From Bacteroidia bacterium (GTDB lineage: Bacteria > Bacteroidota > Bacteroidia > UBA4408): a DNA stretch of 64,000 bases. The notes below the pieces were generated by a model. That model searched no databases. It saw only the letters and a program-made list of their open reading frames with translations, and was not told the DNA's origin. The position numbers and the translations under genes were made by a program. Shown here piece after piece: positions 35,816-47,049 of the stretch; the stretch's first letter is position 1; each line of letters opens with the position of its first letter. The stretch lies in contig DAORJK010000013.1 in NCBI GenBank assembly GCA_035438985.1, positions 23,416 to 87,415 of the forward strand, given 5' to 3'.

Positions 35816-37513
35816 ATGAGAAAACCAAAAAAAATATCCCCACTAAGAAACCTTTTCTTATTATTCCTTTTGTTGGCAATGCAAACACATTCATTTTCTC
35901 AGGCTGCACTCAACTGGGCATTTATTCCAACGAGTACTTCCTTGTTTCAAAATCAAATTACAATAACAGCTACTGACCAATCGGGAAACATCATTGAGGT
36001 TGGAAAATTAACCGGACATGCAGACATGGATCCAGGAACCGGACCCAACGACACTTCCTATACGCGTTTCTTTTACAATCATTACCTATCAAAAACTTCT
36101 GTGAGTGGACAATTATTGTGGATTTATTACTTTGAAGATAATTCACAATTAAGCACCTTTGAGTTCAAGGGATTAAAAATTACTCCTACTGATGAAATAA
36201 TAGTTGCAGGAAATTTTACCGGGAAAGTTGACTTTGATTTAAGATCACCGGGAGTCGACACTTTGAGAAGTCACCATACTTCATTTCCTGATTATTTTTT
36301 AGCAAAATACGATGCTTCAGGGAATCACCAGTGGGCTATAAATGGGGGAAATACAACTTCAGGAATAAGTGCCCAAGCACTCTGCTTATTACCAAATTCA
36401 ACCATCTTGCTTTCTTTAAATCCATCCGGAATTACAGATGTTGATCCGGGAGGATTGGTTCATACGACAATAGGCAACAGTGCTAATCTTGTTGCTTATT
36501 CTCAAACCGGAAGTTATTTGTGGAACAATGCTATTCCTTCAAATTTTACCTATGCGGTTTCTTTCAATAGTATGGATGCCGATGCAATGGGAAACAGTTA
36601 TTTGCTAAGTGTTGGTTCGTATGAATTAACTGTTGCGAAGTTTAATGCAAATGGCACTTTTTTATGGGAAAAAACGATTGGAAATTTTTCGACTGGTGCA
36701 CGTGTGAATCCTCAATCTATTTTAGTAGATAAAATTTCAGGAGGTTTTTATTTGGCTGGAACTTTTGAAGGTAACGTTGATTTTGACCCGAATGCCGGAG
36801 TTTTAAACTACACCTGTTTATCTGCTTTGAATCCGGATGCTTTTGTTGCCAGCTACGATACAAGTATGACTCCTATGTGGTTGAATCATTATGTTGGCAA
36901 AGTAAATTTTGGTAATTATGGTTTGGCCTTTGATGGCAATGAACTTGTTTGTGTGGGAAATTATACCGCTTCGGTAAACTTTGGTAATGGTTTTAACTTT
37001 ACTACAGCCTCAACTTATTCTCCATTTTATTTGCGATTAAATTCTTCGGGAACTGCACTCGATGCTTTTACACTAAATGGAATTGGTCAGTTTACCGGCA
37101 TCAGTAAAACAATCAATCACACTTTTGTGATAACAGGAAATATATTAGCTTGGGTAGATATGGATCCTTCGTTGACGATATCTAATTTGCATGCAGGAAC
37201 CGCTAATTTTTTTACCGCCGTTTACCATATTACATCTCCAACTTCACTTCCAAAACTGAATAACAAGCCCCAACCAGCGTATGCTGCCTTTCCCAATCCA
37301 TTTGGGCAGGAGTTAAACCTAGAGTTTCTTACACAAATAAATGATGCAGAGTTGAAAATCTACGACATTTGCGGGAAGGAAATGGCTACGAATAAACTAG
37401 AAAATTTTACTGATCGCTTTACTATCAACACTTCAAGTTGGCCGGAAGGTGTTTATTTTGTATGCTTTAAAACTCCGGCTACAACATCCAATTTTAAATT
37501 AGTTAAACAATAA
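35816..37513 (+). CDS. Secreted repeat protein with T9SS CTD
   Basis: The start at 35816 (MRKPKKISPLRNLFLLFLLLAMQTHSFSQA) is preferred. The C-terminal ...AFPNPFGQELNLEF...FKLVKQ is a T9SS CTD. Confidence 0.65.
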   Translation: MRKPKKISPLRNLFLLFLLLAMQTHSFSQAALNWAFIPTSTSLFQNQITITATDQSGNIIEVGKLTGHADMDPGTGPNDTSYTRFFYNHYLSKTSVSGQLLWIYYFEDNSQLSTFEFKGLKITPTDEIIVAGNFTGKVDFDLRSPGVDTLRSHHTSFPDYFLAKYDASGNHQWAINGGNTTSGISAQALCLLPNSTILLSLNPSGITDVDPGGLVHTTIGNSANLVAYSQTGSYLWNNAIPSNFTYAVSFNSMDADAMGNSYLLSVGSYELTVAKFNANGTFLWEKTIGNFSTGARVNPQSILVDKISGGFYLAGTFEGNVDFDPNAGVLNYTCLSALNPDAFVASYDTSMTPMWLNHYVGKVNFGNYGLAFDGNELVCVGNYTASVNFGNGFNFTTASTYSPFYLRLNSSGTALDAFTLNGIGQFTGISKTINHTFVITGNILAWVDMDPSLTISNLHAGTANFFTAVYHITSPTSLPKLNNKPQPAYAAFPNPFGQELNLEFLTQINDAELKIYDICGKEMATNKLENFTDRFTINTSSWPEGVYFVCFKTPATTSNFKLVKQ

Positions 37514-37518
37514 AATTC

Positions 37519-40386
37519 ATGAGCAACTTTTCAAAAATTTTAATTAACACTTTGTTGTTTTTTTCGACATCAATTTCAATGCATGCGCAAGTTTTCGACA
37601 AACGAATAACTTGGAATACTGGTCCCGCCACCTTTTATTTTAGCGATATAAAAGCTTGTGCAACACGCAGTAATGGGCATACTTTAATTTCTATACATCG
37701 CTATAATTATGGTCAGGGAGCCGGAATGCTAGCTGAAATAACCAATAACGGAGATACTGTGTGGACCAATCAGTTTAACAGAAGTGGAACTTCCTACGGT
37801 GAAGATTACATTACGTTTATAAAGGAACTTCCCAATCATACCATTTTTATGGCCGGAGGTACGCACAATTCTTCCGGATTTTTTCATGCTGCATTTTTTC
37901 TAGCCGATTCATTAGGGCAAATAATTCATTACAAAAAAGTACATTATGGATCCAATCTCGATATTGTAATTAATGATATCGACGTAGCATCGGATGGTAC
38001 AATTTTTTTTGCCGGACATTACAATGATTTATATAGCGGAGGTGTTACTGGCTATTCATGGACTGTTCCATTGTACGGAAGGTTAAATTCCGATTTAAGT
38101 ATAAATTGGTGCAGAACATACGGTAGTACCAGTCATACATTTAACAATACTAATTCTGGAAAAGTTGCCAGTATAAAAGTTACGCCAGATAATAACCTTG
38201 TAATAGCCGGTACAGATGCGGTTGATCCAAACGATGGATATTTAGGCACTTTTCAATTGGCAAAAGTTACTACAAACGGTGCGCTTATGTGGTCGGTGCA
38301 ACGTTCGCTTACCACTCACTCGTATCCAACTGCGTTAAAAGTGCTAAGCAATGGTGACATATATGCATTCTCGGAAGTGTACTATTTGTCGCCCTTTGGC
38401 GATTATGATATTAGCCTTGAAAAATTTGATCAGTATGGAAATTATCTATGGGGAAAATCGTATGGTACAACACTATCCGATAATATGAGCAGAGTAGTTT
38501 ACAATTCTGCCAAACAGCAATTTGCACTCGTTGGAACCCACACAATTTCGGCAACTGAAGACCGAGCTTGGCTTTGTATTTTAGACACTGCTGGTCAGGT
38601 AATTCACAACAAGTTATTTGGGGCGCCTTCGAGCCATTACAATAACTTTAATGATATTTGTGTGTATAAAAATTTATACCTTATTACCGGTAATGCCTTT
38701 ACTTATGAAGGCATGTTAGTTCAAACCGATTGGGATGGGAATACAGGTTGTGCACCTTCAACATTTAGTTTACAAACAGCAGTTTTTCCTTCCGTTTTTA
38801 CAGCAGGATTATCTTTTCACAATACACTACCACTTCAAATAACACCTTACACCGCTGTAAAAGTTAATTATCCGCTTACCTCAACAACCAATTGCTTTGC
38901 TTGTTCAGATGTTAGTATAAATCAAACTATTTCGGCTTGTGGCAGTTACTATATTGGAGGTGGCTTGCAAACAAATTCGGGGACATATTTCGATACCTTA
39001 TTAACAAGCGGTGGTTGCGATAGCATTGTAATTACTCAATTAAGTATTTCTCAAACACCTACTCCGGCAAATGCCGGTATTGATCAAACAGTTTGTGCAA
39101 CAGCAGCTGCCCTTTCAGCAAATGTTCCAGTTGTTGGCACCGGAAATTGGTCCGTAGTTTCGGGTACAGGAAGTATTTTAAATACCGCAGCAGCCGCTAC
39201 CGGAATTAATGGCTTAACGGCCGGAAGTACTACCACCTTGCGTTGGACTATCTCCAGTGGTGCTTGCCCCCCTTCAACCGACGAAGTAACCTTACAAATT
39301 GGTAGTCCAAGTACAACCTCAATTAACACATCTGCCTGTGTAAGTTATACCTTAAATTCACAAACCTATACAAGCTCTGGTAGCTATTCTCAAACTTTTA
39401 CCAATACATCTGGATGTGATAGCATTATTAATTTAAACTTAACAATTTACCAACCCAACACTTCTCAAACTACTACAAGTATTTGCAGCACTAATTTGCC
39501 GTATGTGTGGAATGGGTTAAGTATACTTTCTGCAGGGAGCTACAGTGATACACTTGTGAATTCGAATGGTTGTGACAGCATAGCACAGTTAAATTTGCAA
39601 GTAAAAAACGCCACTTATTCATCAACTTCCGTTAGTGTATGTAATACTGATTTGCCGTTTAATTGGAATGGTAATAGCTATACAACTGCGGGTTCATACA
39701 CAGCCAACTTTATTAACTCGGTAGGTTGCGACAGTATTGCAACACTTGTTCTTACTCTTAAAAACGCAACAAGTTCAACCACTACTGCAAATGTGTGCAG
39801 TGCCGATTTGCCTTATTTGTGGGGTGGAAATTCATATACCGGCAGCGGAACATACACGTTAAATTACACCAATGCTGCGGGTTGCGACAGTACTGCAAAT
39901 TTGAATTTAAGTGTAAACACTATTGACTTAAGTGTAACAAATACAGATCCCGTGCTTACCTCCAACCAAAGCGGAGCAAGCTATCAATGGATCAATTGCA
40001 GTACAAATTTACCTATTGCTAACCAAACCAATGCATCATTTACTGCTTTGACTAATGGTACTTATGCGGTGGTTGTTTATTATTCCGGTTGCCACGACAC
40101 CAGTGCGTGCGAAACAGTAATCAATACAGCAATTTCGACAGTAACAGCTGAACAGGAACTTATCTTTTATCCCAATCCTGTTGAGCATGAGTTAAATATT
40201 ATGATTGGCTCTGAAATGAAACAAGCAAGATTTTCAATAAGCAATAAATTTGGACAGGTATTACTTGCAGGAAGCCTGTCGAATACAAATAACGTACTTT
40301 ACTTAGATGAACTTTCAAATGGAATTTATACACTAACAGTATACACCATTTCTAATCAGAAAACGTATAAACTGGTAAAAAAATAA
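37519..40386 (+). CDS. Large secreted repeat protein with T9SS CTD
   Basis: Signal peptide present. Five repeats of about 50 aa end in G.CDS(I/T)..L.L.(I/V). The C-terminal FYPNPVEHELNI...YKLVKK is a T9SS CTD. Confidence 0.65.
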   Translation: MSNFSKILINTLLFFSTSISMHAQVFDKRITWNTGPATFYFSDIKACATRSNGHTLISIHRYNYGQGAGMLAEITNNGDTVWTNQFNRSGTSYGEDYITFIKELPNHTIFMAGGTHNSSGFFHAAFFLADSLGQIIHYKKVHYGSNLDIVINDIDVASDGTIFFAGHYNDLYSGGVTGYSWTVPLYGRLNSDLSINWCRTYGSTSHTFNNTNSGKVASIKVTPDNNLVIAGTDAVDPNDGYLGTFQLAKVTTNGALMWSVQRSLTTHSYPTALKVLSNGDIYAFSEVYYLSPFGDYDISLEKFDQYGNYLWGKSYGTTLSDNMSRVVYNSAKQQFALVGTHTISATEDRAWLCILDTAGQVIHNKLFGAPSSHYNNFNDICVYKNLYLITGNAFTYEGMLVQTDWDGNTGCAPSTFSLQTAVFPSVFTAGLSFHNTLPLQITPYTAVKVNYPLTSTTNCFACSDVSINQTISACGSYYIGGGLQTNSGTYFDTLLTSGGCDSIVITQLSISQTPTPANAGIDQTVCATAAALSANVPVVGTGNWSVVSGTGSILNTAAAATGINGLTAGSTTTLRWTISSGACPPSTDEVTLQIGSPSTTSINTSACVSYTLNSQTYTSSGSYSQTFTNTSGCDSIINLNLTIYQPNTSQTTTSICSTNLPYVWNGLSILSAGSYSDTLVNSNGCDSIAQLNLQVKNATYSSTSVSVCNTDLPFNWNGNSYTTAGSYTANFINSVGCDSIATLVLTLKNATSSTTTANVCSADLPYLWGGNSYTGSGTYTLNYTNAAGCDSTANLNLSVNTIDLSVTNTDPVLTSNQSGASYQWINCSTNLPIANQTNASFTALTNGTYAVVVYYSGCHDTSACETVINTAISTVTAEQELIFYPNPVEHELNIMIGSEMKQARFSISNKFGQVLLAGSLSNTNNVLYLDELSNGIYTLTVYTISNQKTYKLVKK

Positions 40387-40542
40387 AGCTCCGCATTTTA
40401 GCAAATCATCTAGTTATGTGTATGCATGCTTGCATTTGAAGTGAACGATTGGTAGTAGAAAGTTGGGGAGTGCAAGAAAGTTCAACCTTGTATTTTAAAT
40501 CTCGTTGTCTAATTTCTATCCATTATTGTTTAAAACAAGTTT

Positions 40543-42126
40543 ATGAAACCATTTATTACATTATTGACCATTTTAATTTCAACTTATGTTGCAAATGCAC
40601 AGCCCGGTGCAATCGACAGTAGTTTCGGCACCAACGGAATAGTGCGAACCTTTGTGAATAGTTCGAATGCCAAACTCACAGCCATGGCGATTCAAACCGA
40701 CGATAAAATTCTCGTTGCCGGACATGATCGCTATGATACAACAAATTTTAATAAAGCCTTTGTGGTGATGCGGTATACCGCTGATGGGTTACTTGATTCG
40801 AGCTTTGCATCAAATGGAAAAATGGTATACAATTTTGGAAACGGTAACGCAATCGCTTATGCAATAAAAGTACAGGCCGATGGAAAAATTTTGGTTGCCG
40901 GAAGAAGCTCTGCTCCGGGCATTGTTGGGATGGCCAGTATTCGTTTAAATATGGATGGTTCTCTTGACACAACTTATGGTAGCAATGGTGCAGTTATTAC
41001 CGCTGTTGGAACAGCTAATGATTTTGCACTAGGAATTTATTTGCATTCAGATGGACGAATTGTTCTAGGAGGGGCAAGTTATCTTTCAAGTTTTTCACGC
41101 ATGGCTTTGGTGCGTTATCATTCAGATGGAAGTATTGATACTACGTTTGCTTCCAACGGTACATTAATTGCCTCTGTTACCGGAGAAAATATTTATTGTC
41201 ATCGAATTGAAATTGATTCGTCATCGAATTATATCGTTTCGGGCAATTTATCTAACATTACCAGTACTAGCGCCTTTTTAAAAAGATACACTTCCAATGG
41301 AATCCTGGATGTTTCTTTCGGATTACTTGGCACTTGGTATCCGAGTGTAGGAAATAGTTTTACAGAAAGTACAACTGGTTTAATAAAGCAAGCGGATGGA
41401 AAATTGATAGTGGGTCTAACAACAGACGCAAATTCTTCGAGAAAGTTTGGTGTTGTTAGATACCTTCCGTCAAGCTGGTTAGTAGATTCAACGTTCGGAA
41501 TTTATACCGGTAATTCTTATATAACAACCGGAATCAATAAATACGTGGCTACTGCAATTGCTCAACAGCCCAATGGAAAAATTGTAATTTCGGGTAACTA
41601 CCAAATTGGGAGTGAATACAAATTTACTACCCTGCGCTATTTGGCTAATGGTATATTAGACAGTGCGTTTGGAACAAACGGCTTTGTTGTAACCTCTATT
41701 ACACCAACCAACAACAACAGTACTTCGGCAGAAATAGGAGTGCAAAGTAGCGGTAAAATAATTGTTGCCGGTAACAATACTGAAAACAATATTCAACGTT
41801 TTACTCTTGTTAGATATCATGATACACTGAGCATTAACACCTTAATTCCAAGAGTTAAGGAAAATCAAATTTCGCTTACTGTTTTCCCTAATCCGGCAAG
41901 TGATTTGTTGCAGGTAATGTGTTATGCTAAAAATAACACCCCTTTTGAAGAACCTATGATTCCAAAGGTATATACTATACAGGGTGTTGAGTTAAACGGA
42001 ATAAAATTCAACAAAAGCATTCTGAAAAATAAGGTGCTAAGCTTTGAACTATCTATAAAAGACTTAGTGCAAGGTTTATACTTTATCAAAATTGGAAGTG
42101 CTACAGCTCGTTTTATAAAAGAATAA
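40543..42126 (+). CDS. Delta-60-repeat protein with T9SS CTD
   Basis: Repeated G.(L/I)D.(S/T)F(G/A).NG motifs (GAIDSSFGTNG, GLLDSSFASNG, GSLDTTYGSNG, GSIDTTFASNG and others). The C-terminal VFPNPASDLLQV... is a T9SS CTD. Confidence 0.7.
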   Translation: MKPFITLLTILISTYVANAQPGAIDSSFGTNGIVRTFVNSSNAKLTAMAIQTDDKILVAGHDRYDTTNFNKAFVVMRYTADGLLDSSFASNGKMVYNFGNGNAIAYAIKVQADGKILVAGRSSAPGIVGMASIRLNMDGSLDTTYGSNGAVITAVGTANDFALGIYLHSDGRIVLGGASYLSSFSRMALVRYHSDGSIDTTFASNGTLIASVTGENIYCHRIEIDSSSNYIVSGNLSNITSTSAFLKRYTSNGILDVSFGLLGTWYPSVGNSFTESTTGLIKQADGKLIVGLTTDANSSRKFGVVRYLPSSWLVDSTFGIYTGNSYITTGINKYVATAIAQQPNGKIVISGNYQIGSEYKFTTLRYLANGILDSAFGTNGFVVTSITPTNNNSTSAEIGVQSSGKIIVAGNNTENNIQRFTLVRYHDTLSINTLIPRVKENQISLTVFPNPASDLLQVMCYAKNNTPFEEPMIPKVYTIQGVELNGIKFNKSILKNKVLSFELSIKDLVQGLYFIKIGSATARFIKE

Positions 42127-42181
42127 AACGGTAATTACTTGCTATCATTTATTGTATTGAAACACCAGTATTTAGTTAGTT

Positions 42182-45100
42182 TCAATATGCCAATACTGAA
42201 CCTAACCATTTTTCAACCTCTTCCAGCTTCATTTTTTTTCGTTGAGCATAATCGGTAATTTGGTCTTTTTCGAGCTTTCCTACTGAAAAATAATGTGCTT
42301 CAGGGTGTGCAAAGTACATTCCACTCACAGCTGCTGTTGGATACATAGCCATGCTTTCTGTTAAGGTTATTCCGGTATTTTTTTCAACTTCCAAAAGTTC
42401 CCACAACGTAATTTTTTCGGTATGATCGGGTTGTGCCGGATAGCCGGGAGCCGGACGAATTCCTTGGTATTTTTCCTTAACAATTTCTTCCTTCGACAGC
42501 TTTTCATCGCTTGCATATCCCCAAATTTCGGTGCGCACTTTTTTGTGCATTAGTTCGGCTAATGCTTCTGCTAGTCTGTCGGCTAATGCTTTAAGCATTA
42601 TGGAAGAATAATCATCGTGTTCTTTTTCAAATTTTTCTATCCATTTTTCTATACCAAAACCTGTACTAACAGCAAATGCACCGATATAATCAAGTTCTCC
42701 TTTTGATTCGTTTTTTGAGTTAATAAAGTCGGAAAGTGCAACATTTTTAAACGTGTCGGCCTTTTGACTTTGCTGTCTCAGTGTATGAAAAGTGGCAATT
42801 TTTTCTTTGCTTGTTTGGTCGTAAACTTCAATGTCGTCGCCAACAGAAAGGGCCGGAAAAAGTCCAACTACCGCTTTTGCTGTGAGCCATTTTTCAGCAA
42901 CGATTTGTTTCAACATTGCTTGTGCATCGTCAAACAGTTTTTGTGCTTCAATTCCACGTACCGGATCTTTTAGCAATTTCGGGTAAGAACCTTTCATTTC
43001 CCAACTGATAAAAAACGGAGTCCAATCTATAAATTCAATTAATTCTTTCACATCAATGTCTTCAAACACTTTAACACCTAAAAAATTAGGCTTGCTAGTT
43101 ATTTGCTTGCTAAGCGTGAATTTGTTTTTCTGCGCTTCAGCTAAACTAAGGAATTTAGCTTGTGCCCTATCTGCTTTGTGATAATCGCGGGTGCGTTCGT
43201 TTTCTGAACGAATTTGTTCAATAAAACCATCTCTCAATTCTTTCGACAACAAGCTGCTTACAACCGGCACACTTCTGGAAGCGTCGTTAACATGCACAAC
43301 CGGATAGTTGTAATGAGGTTCAATTTTCACCGCAGTATGCACCTTACTAGTTGTTGCTCCTCCAATTAACAAAGGAATGGTAAATCCTTCGCGTTTCATT
43401 TCTTTAGCCACATGCACCATCTCATCCAGCGAAGGAGTTATTAATCCACTTAATCCAATAATATCAACCTGTTCTTCTTTAGCTTTCGCAAGAATCTTAT
43501 CCGCCGATACCATTACTCCCAAATCAACAATATCATAGCCATTGCATGCCATAACTACACCAACAATGTTTTTTCCAATATCGTGTACGTCGCCTTTGAC
43601 TGTAGCTAACAAAATTTTTCCATTTTTTGCTCCAACCACTTTGTCCTTTTCGAGAAAGGGCTGAAGATAGGCAACTGCTTTTTTCATCACCCTTGCGCTT
43701 TTTACTACTTGGGGTAAAAACATTTTACCGGCACCAAATAAATCACCTACGATGTTCATTCCTGCCATCAAGGGTCCTTCAATTATGTGCAAGGGTTTTT
43801 CAAAAGTGCTTCGCGCCTCTTCCATATCAATTTCAATGTAATCGGTTATCCCTTTTACCAAGGCATGCGCAATTCGTTTTTCGAGTGAATCATTGCGCCA
43901 TTCTTCGTCTTTGGTTTCCTTTTCCTTTCCATCGCCCTTCACCAATTCGGCATGTGCAATAAGACGCTCAGTTGCATCATCGCGGCGATCGAGCAACACA
44001 TCTTCAACCAACTCCAACAAGGTTTTATCAATTTCATCGTATACAATTAATTGCCCCGGATTTACAATTCCCATGTCCATACCATGGTTAACAGCATGGT
44101 ACAAAAAGGCTGCATGAATAGCTTCACGAACATGATCATTTCCTCTAAACGAAAAAGAAACGTTGCTAACTCCACCCGACACCTTTGCATATGGCAGGTT
44201 TTGTTTTATCCATTTTGTAGCATTAAAAAAATCGAGGGCATTTTTACGGTGTTCTTCCATACCGGTAGCTACCGGAAAAATGTTAGGATCGAAAATAATG
44301 TCTTGTGGCGCAAATTGAACCTGCTCAACTAGTAGGGTATAAGCTCGTTTGCATATATCTATTCTTCGTTGCAAGCTGTCGGCTTGTCCCTGTTCATCAA
44401 ACGCCATTACGATAACTGCTGCACCGTATTTTTTTACCAATTTGGCTTGACGAATAAATTCCTCTTCACCGCCTTTTAACGAAATTGAATTTACAATTGA
44501 TTTTCCTTGCGTGCATTTTAGACCCGATTCAATCACCTCAAATTTGGATGAGTCTATCATCACCGGAACCTTGCAAATATCGGGTTCAGAAGCAACCAGG
44601 TTGAGGAATTTAGACATGGCAAAATCGGCATCCAACATACCTTCGTCCATGTTAATATCAATAGCCTGAGCTCCGCCTTCCACCTGATCGCGTGCAACAC
44701 TCAGTGCTGCGTCGTATTGATTGTCTTTAATTAATCGTAAAAACTTTTTTGAGCCAGTTACATTGGTACGCTCTCCAACGTTTAAAAAATTAGAGTCCGG
44801 CCTATAAGTAAGTGCCTCTAATCCGCTTAATCGCAAGTGCTTTTCAATGGTGGGAATCTTTCGTGGTGCTACTTTTTTAGCATGTTGCGCAATGTGTTTG
44901 ATGTGGTCGGGTGTAGTGCCGCAACAGCCACCAACTATGTTTATAAAACCACTTTGTAAAAAATCGTCAATTTGTACACACATTTGATGAGGAGTTTCAT
45001 CGTACTCTCCAAACTGGTTAGGCAGTCCGGCATTGGGATAAGCGCTAACAAAGAAAGGTGCCTTTTCCGACAACTCTTCCAAATAAGGCCGCATATCTTT

Positions 45101-45871
45101 TGCTCCCAATGCGCAATTCAATCCTATGCTCAGCAGATTAACATGCGAAACTGAGTTTAAAAACGCTTCAACTGTTTGACCTGAAAGAGTGCGCCCGCTC
45201 GCATCGGTAATGGTACCGGAAATCATAATTGGTAGTTCTCGTTTTTGTTCTTCAAACACCGTTTGTACTGCAAAAAGTGCAGCCTTCGCATTGAGTGTAT
45301 CAAAAATGGTTTCAATTAAAAGTAGATCAACACCTCCATCCATTAAACCCCGCACCTGTTCAGCATATGCATCTACTACCTCATCCCAGGTAACTGCACG
45401 AAAGCCGGGATCGTTAACATCGGGAGATAAGCTTAGTGTTCGGTTTGTTGGACCTACAGCTCCTGCAACAAATTTTGGAGTGCTGCTATTAAATTCAGTA
45501 ATGGCTGATTTTGCAATTTTTGCCGCCTCTACATTTAATTCATACGAAAGCGATTCCATCTGGTAGTCGGCAAGAGAAATGCGTTGTGCATTAAAGGTAT
45601 TGGTTTCAATAATATCGGCACCGGCAGTTAAATATTCAAGGTGTATAGCCTTAATAATGTCGGGGCGGGTAAGCGAAAGCAAATCATTGTTGCCTTTTAA
45701 ATCGCTTTTCCAATCGGCGAAACGATTCCCTCTGTAATCATTCTCCTCAAGTTTATAGCGTTGAATCATGGTGCCCATTGCACCATCAATAACCAAAATT
45801 TGTTTCTCTAATACTTTGTTAATGTCCATAACTTGTTCTGTTGCTTCCTTCTGTTTTGTTTCTAATTTCAT
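42182..45871 (-). CDS. metH: Cobalamin-dependent methionine synthase
   Basis: About 1230 aa with Hcy-binding, pterin-binding, B12-binding ([11 protein letters not shown], the DxHxxG motif) and AdoMet-activation domains in the canonical order. The ATG at 45871 follows the TTG at 45874. Confidence 0.95.
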   Translation of the reverse strand: MKLETKQKEATEQVMDINKVLEKQILVIDGAMGTMIQRYKLEENDYRGNRFADWKSDLKGNNDLLSLTRPDIIKAIHLEYLTAGADIIETNTFNAQRISLADYQMESLSYELNVEAAKIAKSAITEFNSSTPKFVAGAVGPTNRTLSLSPDVNDPGFRAVTWDEVVDAYAEQVRGLMDGGVDLLLIETIFDTLNAKAALFAVQTVFEEQKRELPIMISGTITDASGRTLSGQTVEAFLNSVSHVNLLSIGLNCALGAKDMRPYLEELSEKAPFFVSAYPNAGLPNQFGEYDETPHQMCVQIDDFLQSGFINIVGGCCGTTPDHIKHIAQHAKKVAPRKIPTIEKHLRLSGLEALTYRPDSNFLNVGERTNVTGSKKFLRLIKDNQYDAALSVARDQVEGGAQAIDINMDEGMLDADFAMSKFLNLVASEPDICKVPVMIDSSKFEVIESGLKCTQGKSIVNSISLKGGEEEFIRQAKLVKKYGAAVIVMAFDEQGQADSLQRRIDICKRAYTLLVEQVQFAPQDIIFDPNIFPVATGMEEHRKNALDFFNATKWIKQNLPYAKVSGGVSNVSFSFRGNDHVREAIHAAFLYHAVNHGMDMGIVNPGQLIVYDEIDKTLLELVEDVLLDRRDDATERLIAHAELVKGDGKEKETKDEEWRNDSLEKRIAHALVKGITDYIEIDMEEARSTFEKPLHIIEGPLMAGMNIVGDLFGAGKMFLPQVVKSARVMKKAVAYLQPFLEKDKVVGAKNGKILLATVKGDVHDIGKNIVGVVMACNGYDIVDLGVMVSADKILAKAKEEQVDIIGLSGLITPSLDEMVHVAKEMKREGFTIPLLIGGATTSKVHTAVKIEPHYNYPVVHVNDASRSVPVVSSLLSKELRDGFIEQIRSENERTRDYHKADRAQAKFLSLAEAQKNKFTLSKQITSKPNFLGVKVFEDIDVKELIEFIDWTPFFISWEMKGSYPKLLKDPVRGIEAQKLFDDAQAMLKQIVAEKWLTAKAVVGLFPALSVGDDIEVYDQTSKEKIATFHTLRQQSQKADTFKNVALSDFINSKNESKGELDYIGAFAVSTGFGIEKWIEKFEKEHDDYSSIMLKALADRLAEALAELMHKKVRTEIWGYASDEKLSKEEIVKEKYQGIRPAPGYPAQPDHTEKITLWELLEVEKNTGITLTESMAMYPTAAVSGMYFAHPEAHYFSVGKLEKDQITDYAQRKKMKLEEVEKWLGSVLAY

Positions 45872-45885
45872 CAATGTTGTTGCTC

Positions 45886-45922
45886 AAAAAAAAATCTCCT
45901 CGACCTAAGCCGAAGAGATTTT
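45886..45922 (-). terminator. Intrinsic terminator forming the riboswitch expression platform upstream of metH
   Basis: The minus strand reads AAATCTCTTCGGCTTAGGTCGAGGAGATTTTTTTTT. The stem is followed by a 9-U run about 12 nt before the metH start. Confidence 0.6.
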
Positions 45923-45949
45923 ATAAATAGTTACATATAAAAAATCTGA

Positions 45950-46066
45950 TTCGCCTTATCTGTTTTTCGGAAAAATCCGAAAATGGAATTAGCACCTTCT
46001 CTGCAATAAGAGCGGTTGCTAAGGTTTCACAGGGCCATTCCCTCCACCTTTCTTGATAAGCGAAAG
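45950..46066 (-). promoter_or_regulatory. SAM-I (S-box) riboswitch
   Basis: The minus strand reads CTTATCAAGAAAGGTGGAGGGAATGGCCCTGTGAAACCTTAGCAACC...AGAAGGTGCTAATTCCA...CAGATAAGG. This matches the S-box consensus (UUAUCAAGAG.GG.GGAGGGA.UGGCCC..UGAA.CC..GCAACC...GGUGCUAAUUCC...AGAUAAG), with P1 formed by CTTATC/GATAAG. Confidence 0.8.
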
Positions 46067-46481
46067 TTCAATTAATTCAATTTGAACTTTCTTCCCGATT
46101 ATCGGGCTAATACTAAAGAACGTGCCGCGAAAGTAGAAAATATTTTAAACATATTTTCATTGCTTGGTTATTCTTTTTGAGCATGTATCCTGTTTTGTAA
46201 TTTTTAACGGGATGAAACATTTAAATTTAAGTACACAGCTTTATACAAATAATACATTGAGTCGTTTATGAGTTGTCATTCGTTTTCGAATAAATAACAA
46301 ACCTAAAACAGCTCGAGAGCATGAATAATAAAAAGCTTTCACAAAACTGATTTCGCGAAATTTCTTAGTTTGATGCTAATTAACTCTAACTTCTAAAATC
46401 GCTTTTAGTTGAGGTGTGGTGCAGAGATATGCAAATTATTTTTTTAGATTTACGGCTATTCACCTTCTTTCGGATTTTGAG

Positions 46482-47039
46482 ATGAAAAATTTTTATGTGC
46501 TGTTGTTGTTCCTTGCCCCCTATTTATTGTTGGCGCAAACATCAAAATCGAAAAAATTTAACCAGCTTTATAGCAAGCCAATCGAGCGTAAATACTATGT
46601 GAAAGAGCGTTACTACAAAGGTAATTTGTATGTTGAAGGAGAAGCGATTCAAAAGGTATTTAGTAAGAAAAAAAGAGTTGAGTTAAAACGGGGCCCTTGG
46701 AAATGGTATCATCGAAACGGACAATTAAAAGATTCTGTTTTTTATACCGATGCCGGATTGCCTACCGGTGTTGAAACTTTATACAACAGCGATGGTACCA
46801 TTCATCAAACCATTGATTATGGCACCAGCACCAATTTTATTATTCGTGAAAGAAACTGGCTTACCACCATTGCTAAGGATTATACACGAACCTATTATTA
46901 TAAAGCACCCAATATTCCTAAAAAAACACAAGTGTATAAAAACAGGAAAAAAGATGGAGTGTGGAAAACCTATGATACCAACGGGAAGGTGATTTCAGAA
47001 AAAAGCTATTCAAAAGGCAAGTTAATTACAAACCCTTAA
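46482..47039 (+). CDS. Secreted MORN-repeat (YwqK-like) protein
   Basis: The start at 46482 (MKNFYVLLLFLAPYLLLAQ) is preferred. Contains G.W..Y..NG-type repeats. Confidence 0.55.
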   Translation: MKNFYVLLLFLAPYLLLAQTSKSKKFNQLYSKPIERKYYVKERYYKGNLYVEGEAIQKVFSKKKRVELKRGPWKWYHRNGQLKDSVFYTDAGLPTGVETLYNSDGTIHQTIDYGTSTNFIIRERNWLTTIAKDYTRTYYYKAPNIPKKTQVYKNRKKDGVWKTYDTNGKVISEKSYSKGKLITNP

Positions 47040-47049
47040 GAAGATTCCA

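Noticed and set aside
42764-45566. Plus-strand ORFs within metH (42764..42973, 43627..43962, 43893..44117, 44051..44332, 44972..45154, 45189..45566).
   Set aside because: These are shadow ORFs opposite a 1230-aa, clearly recognisable metH.
45875-46130. A cobalamin riboswitch upstream of the B12-dependent metH.
   Set aside because: No B12-box-like sequence was seen. The leader matches the SAM-I (S-box) core instead.
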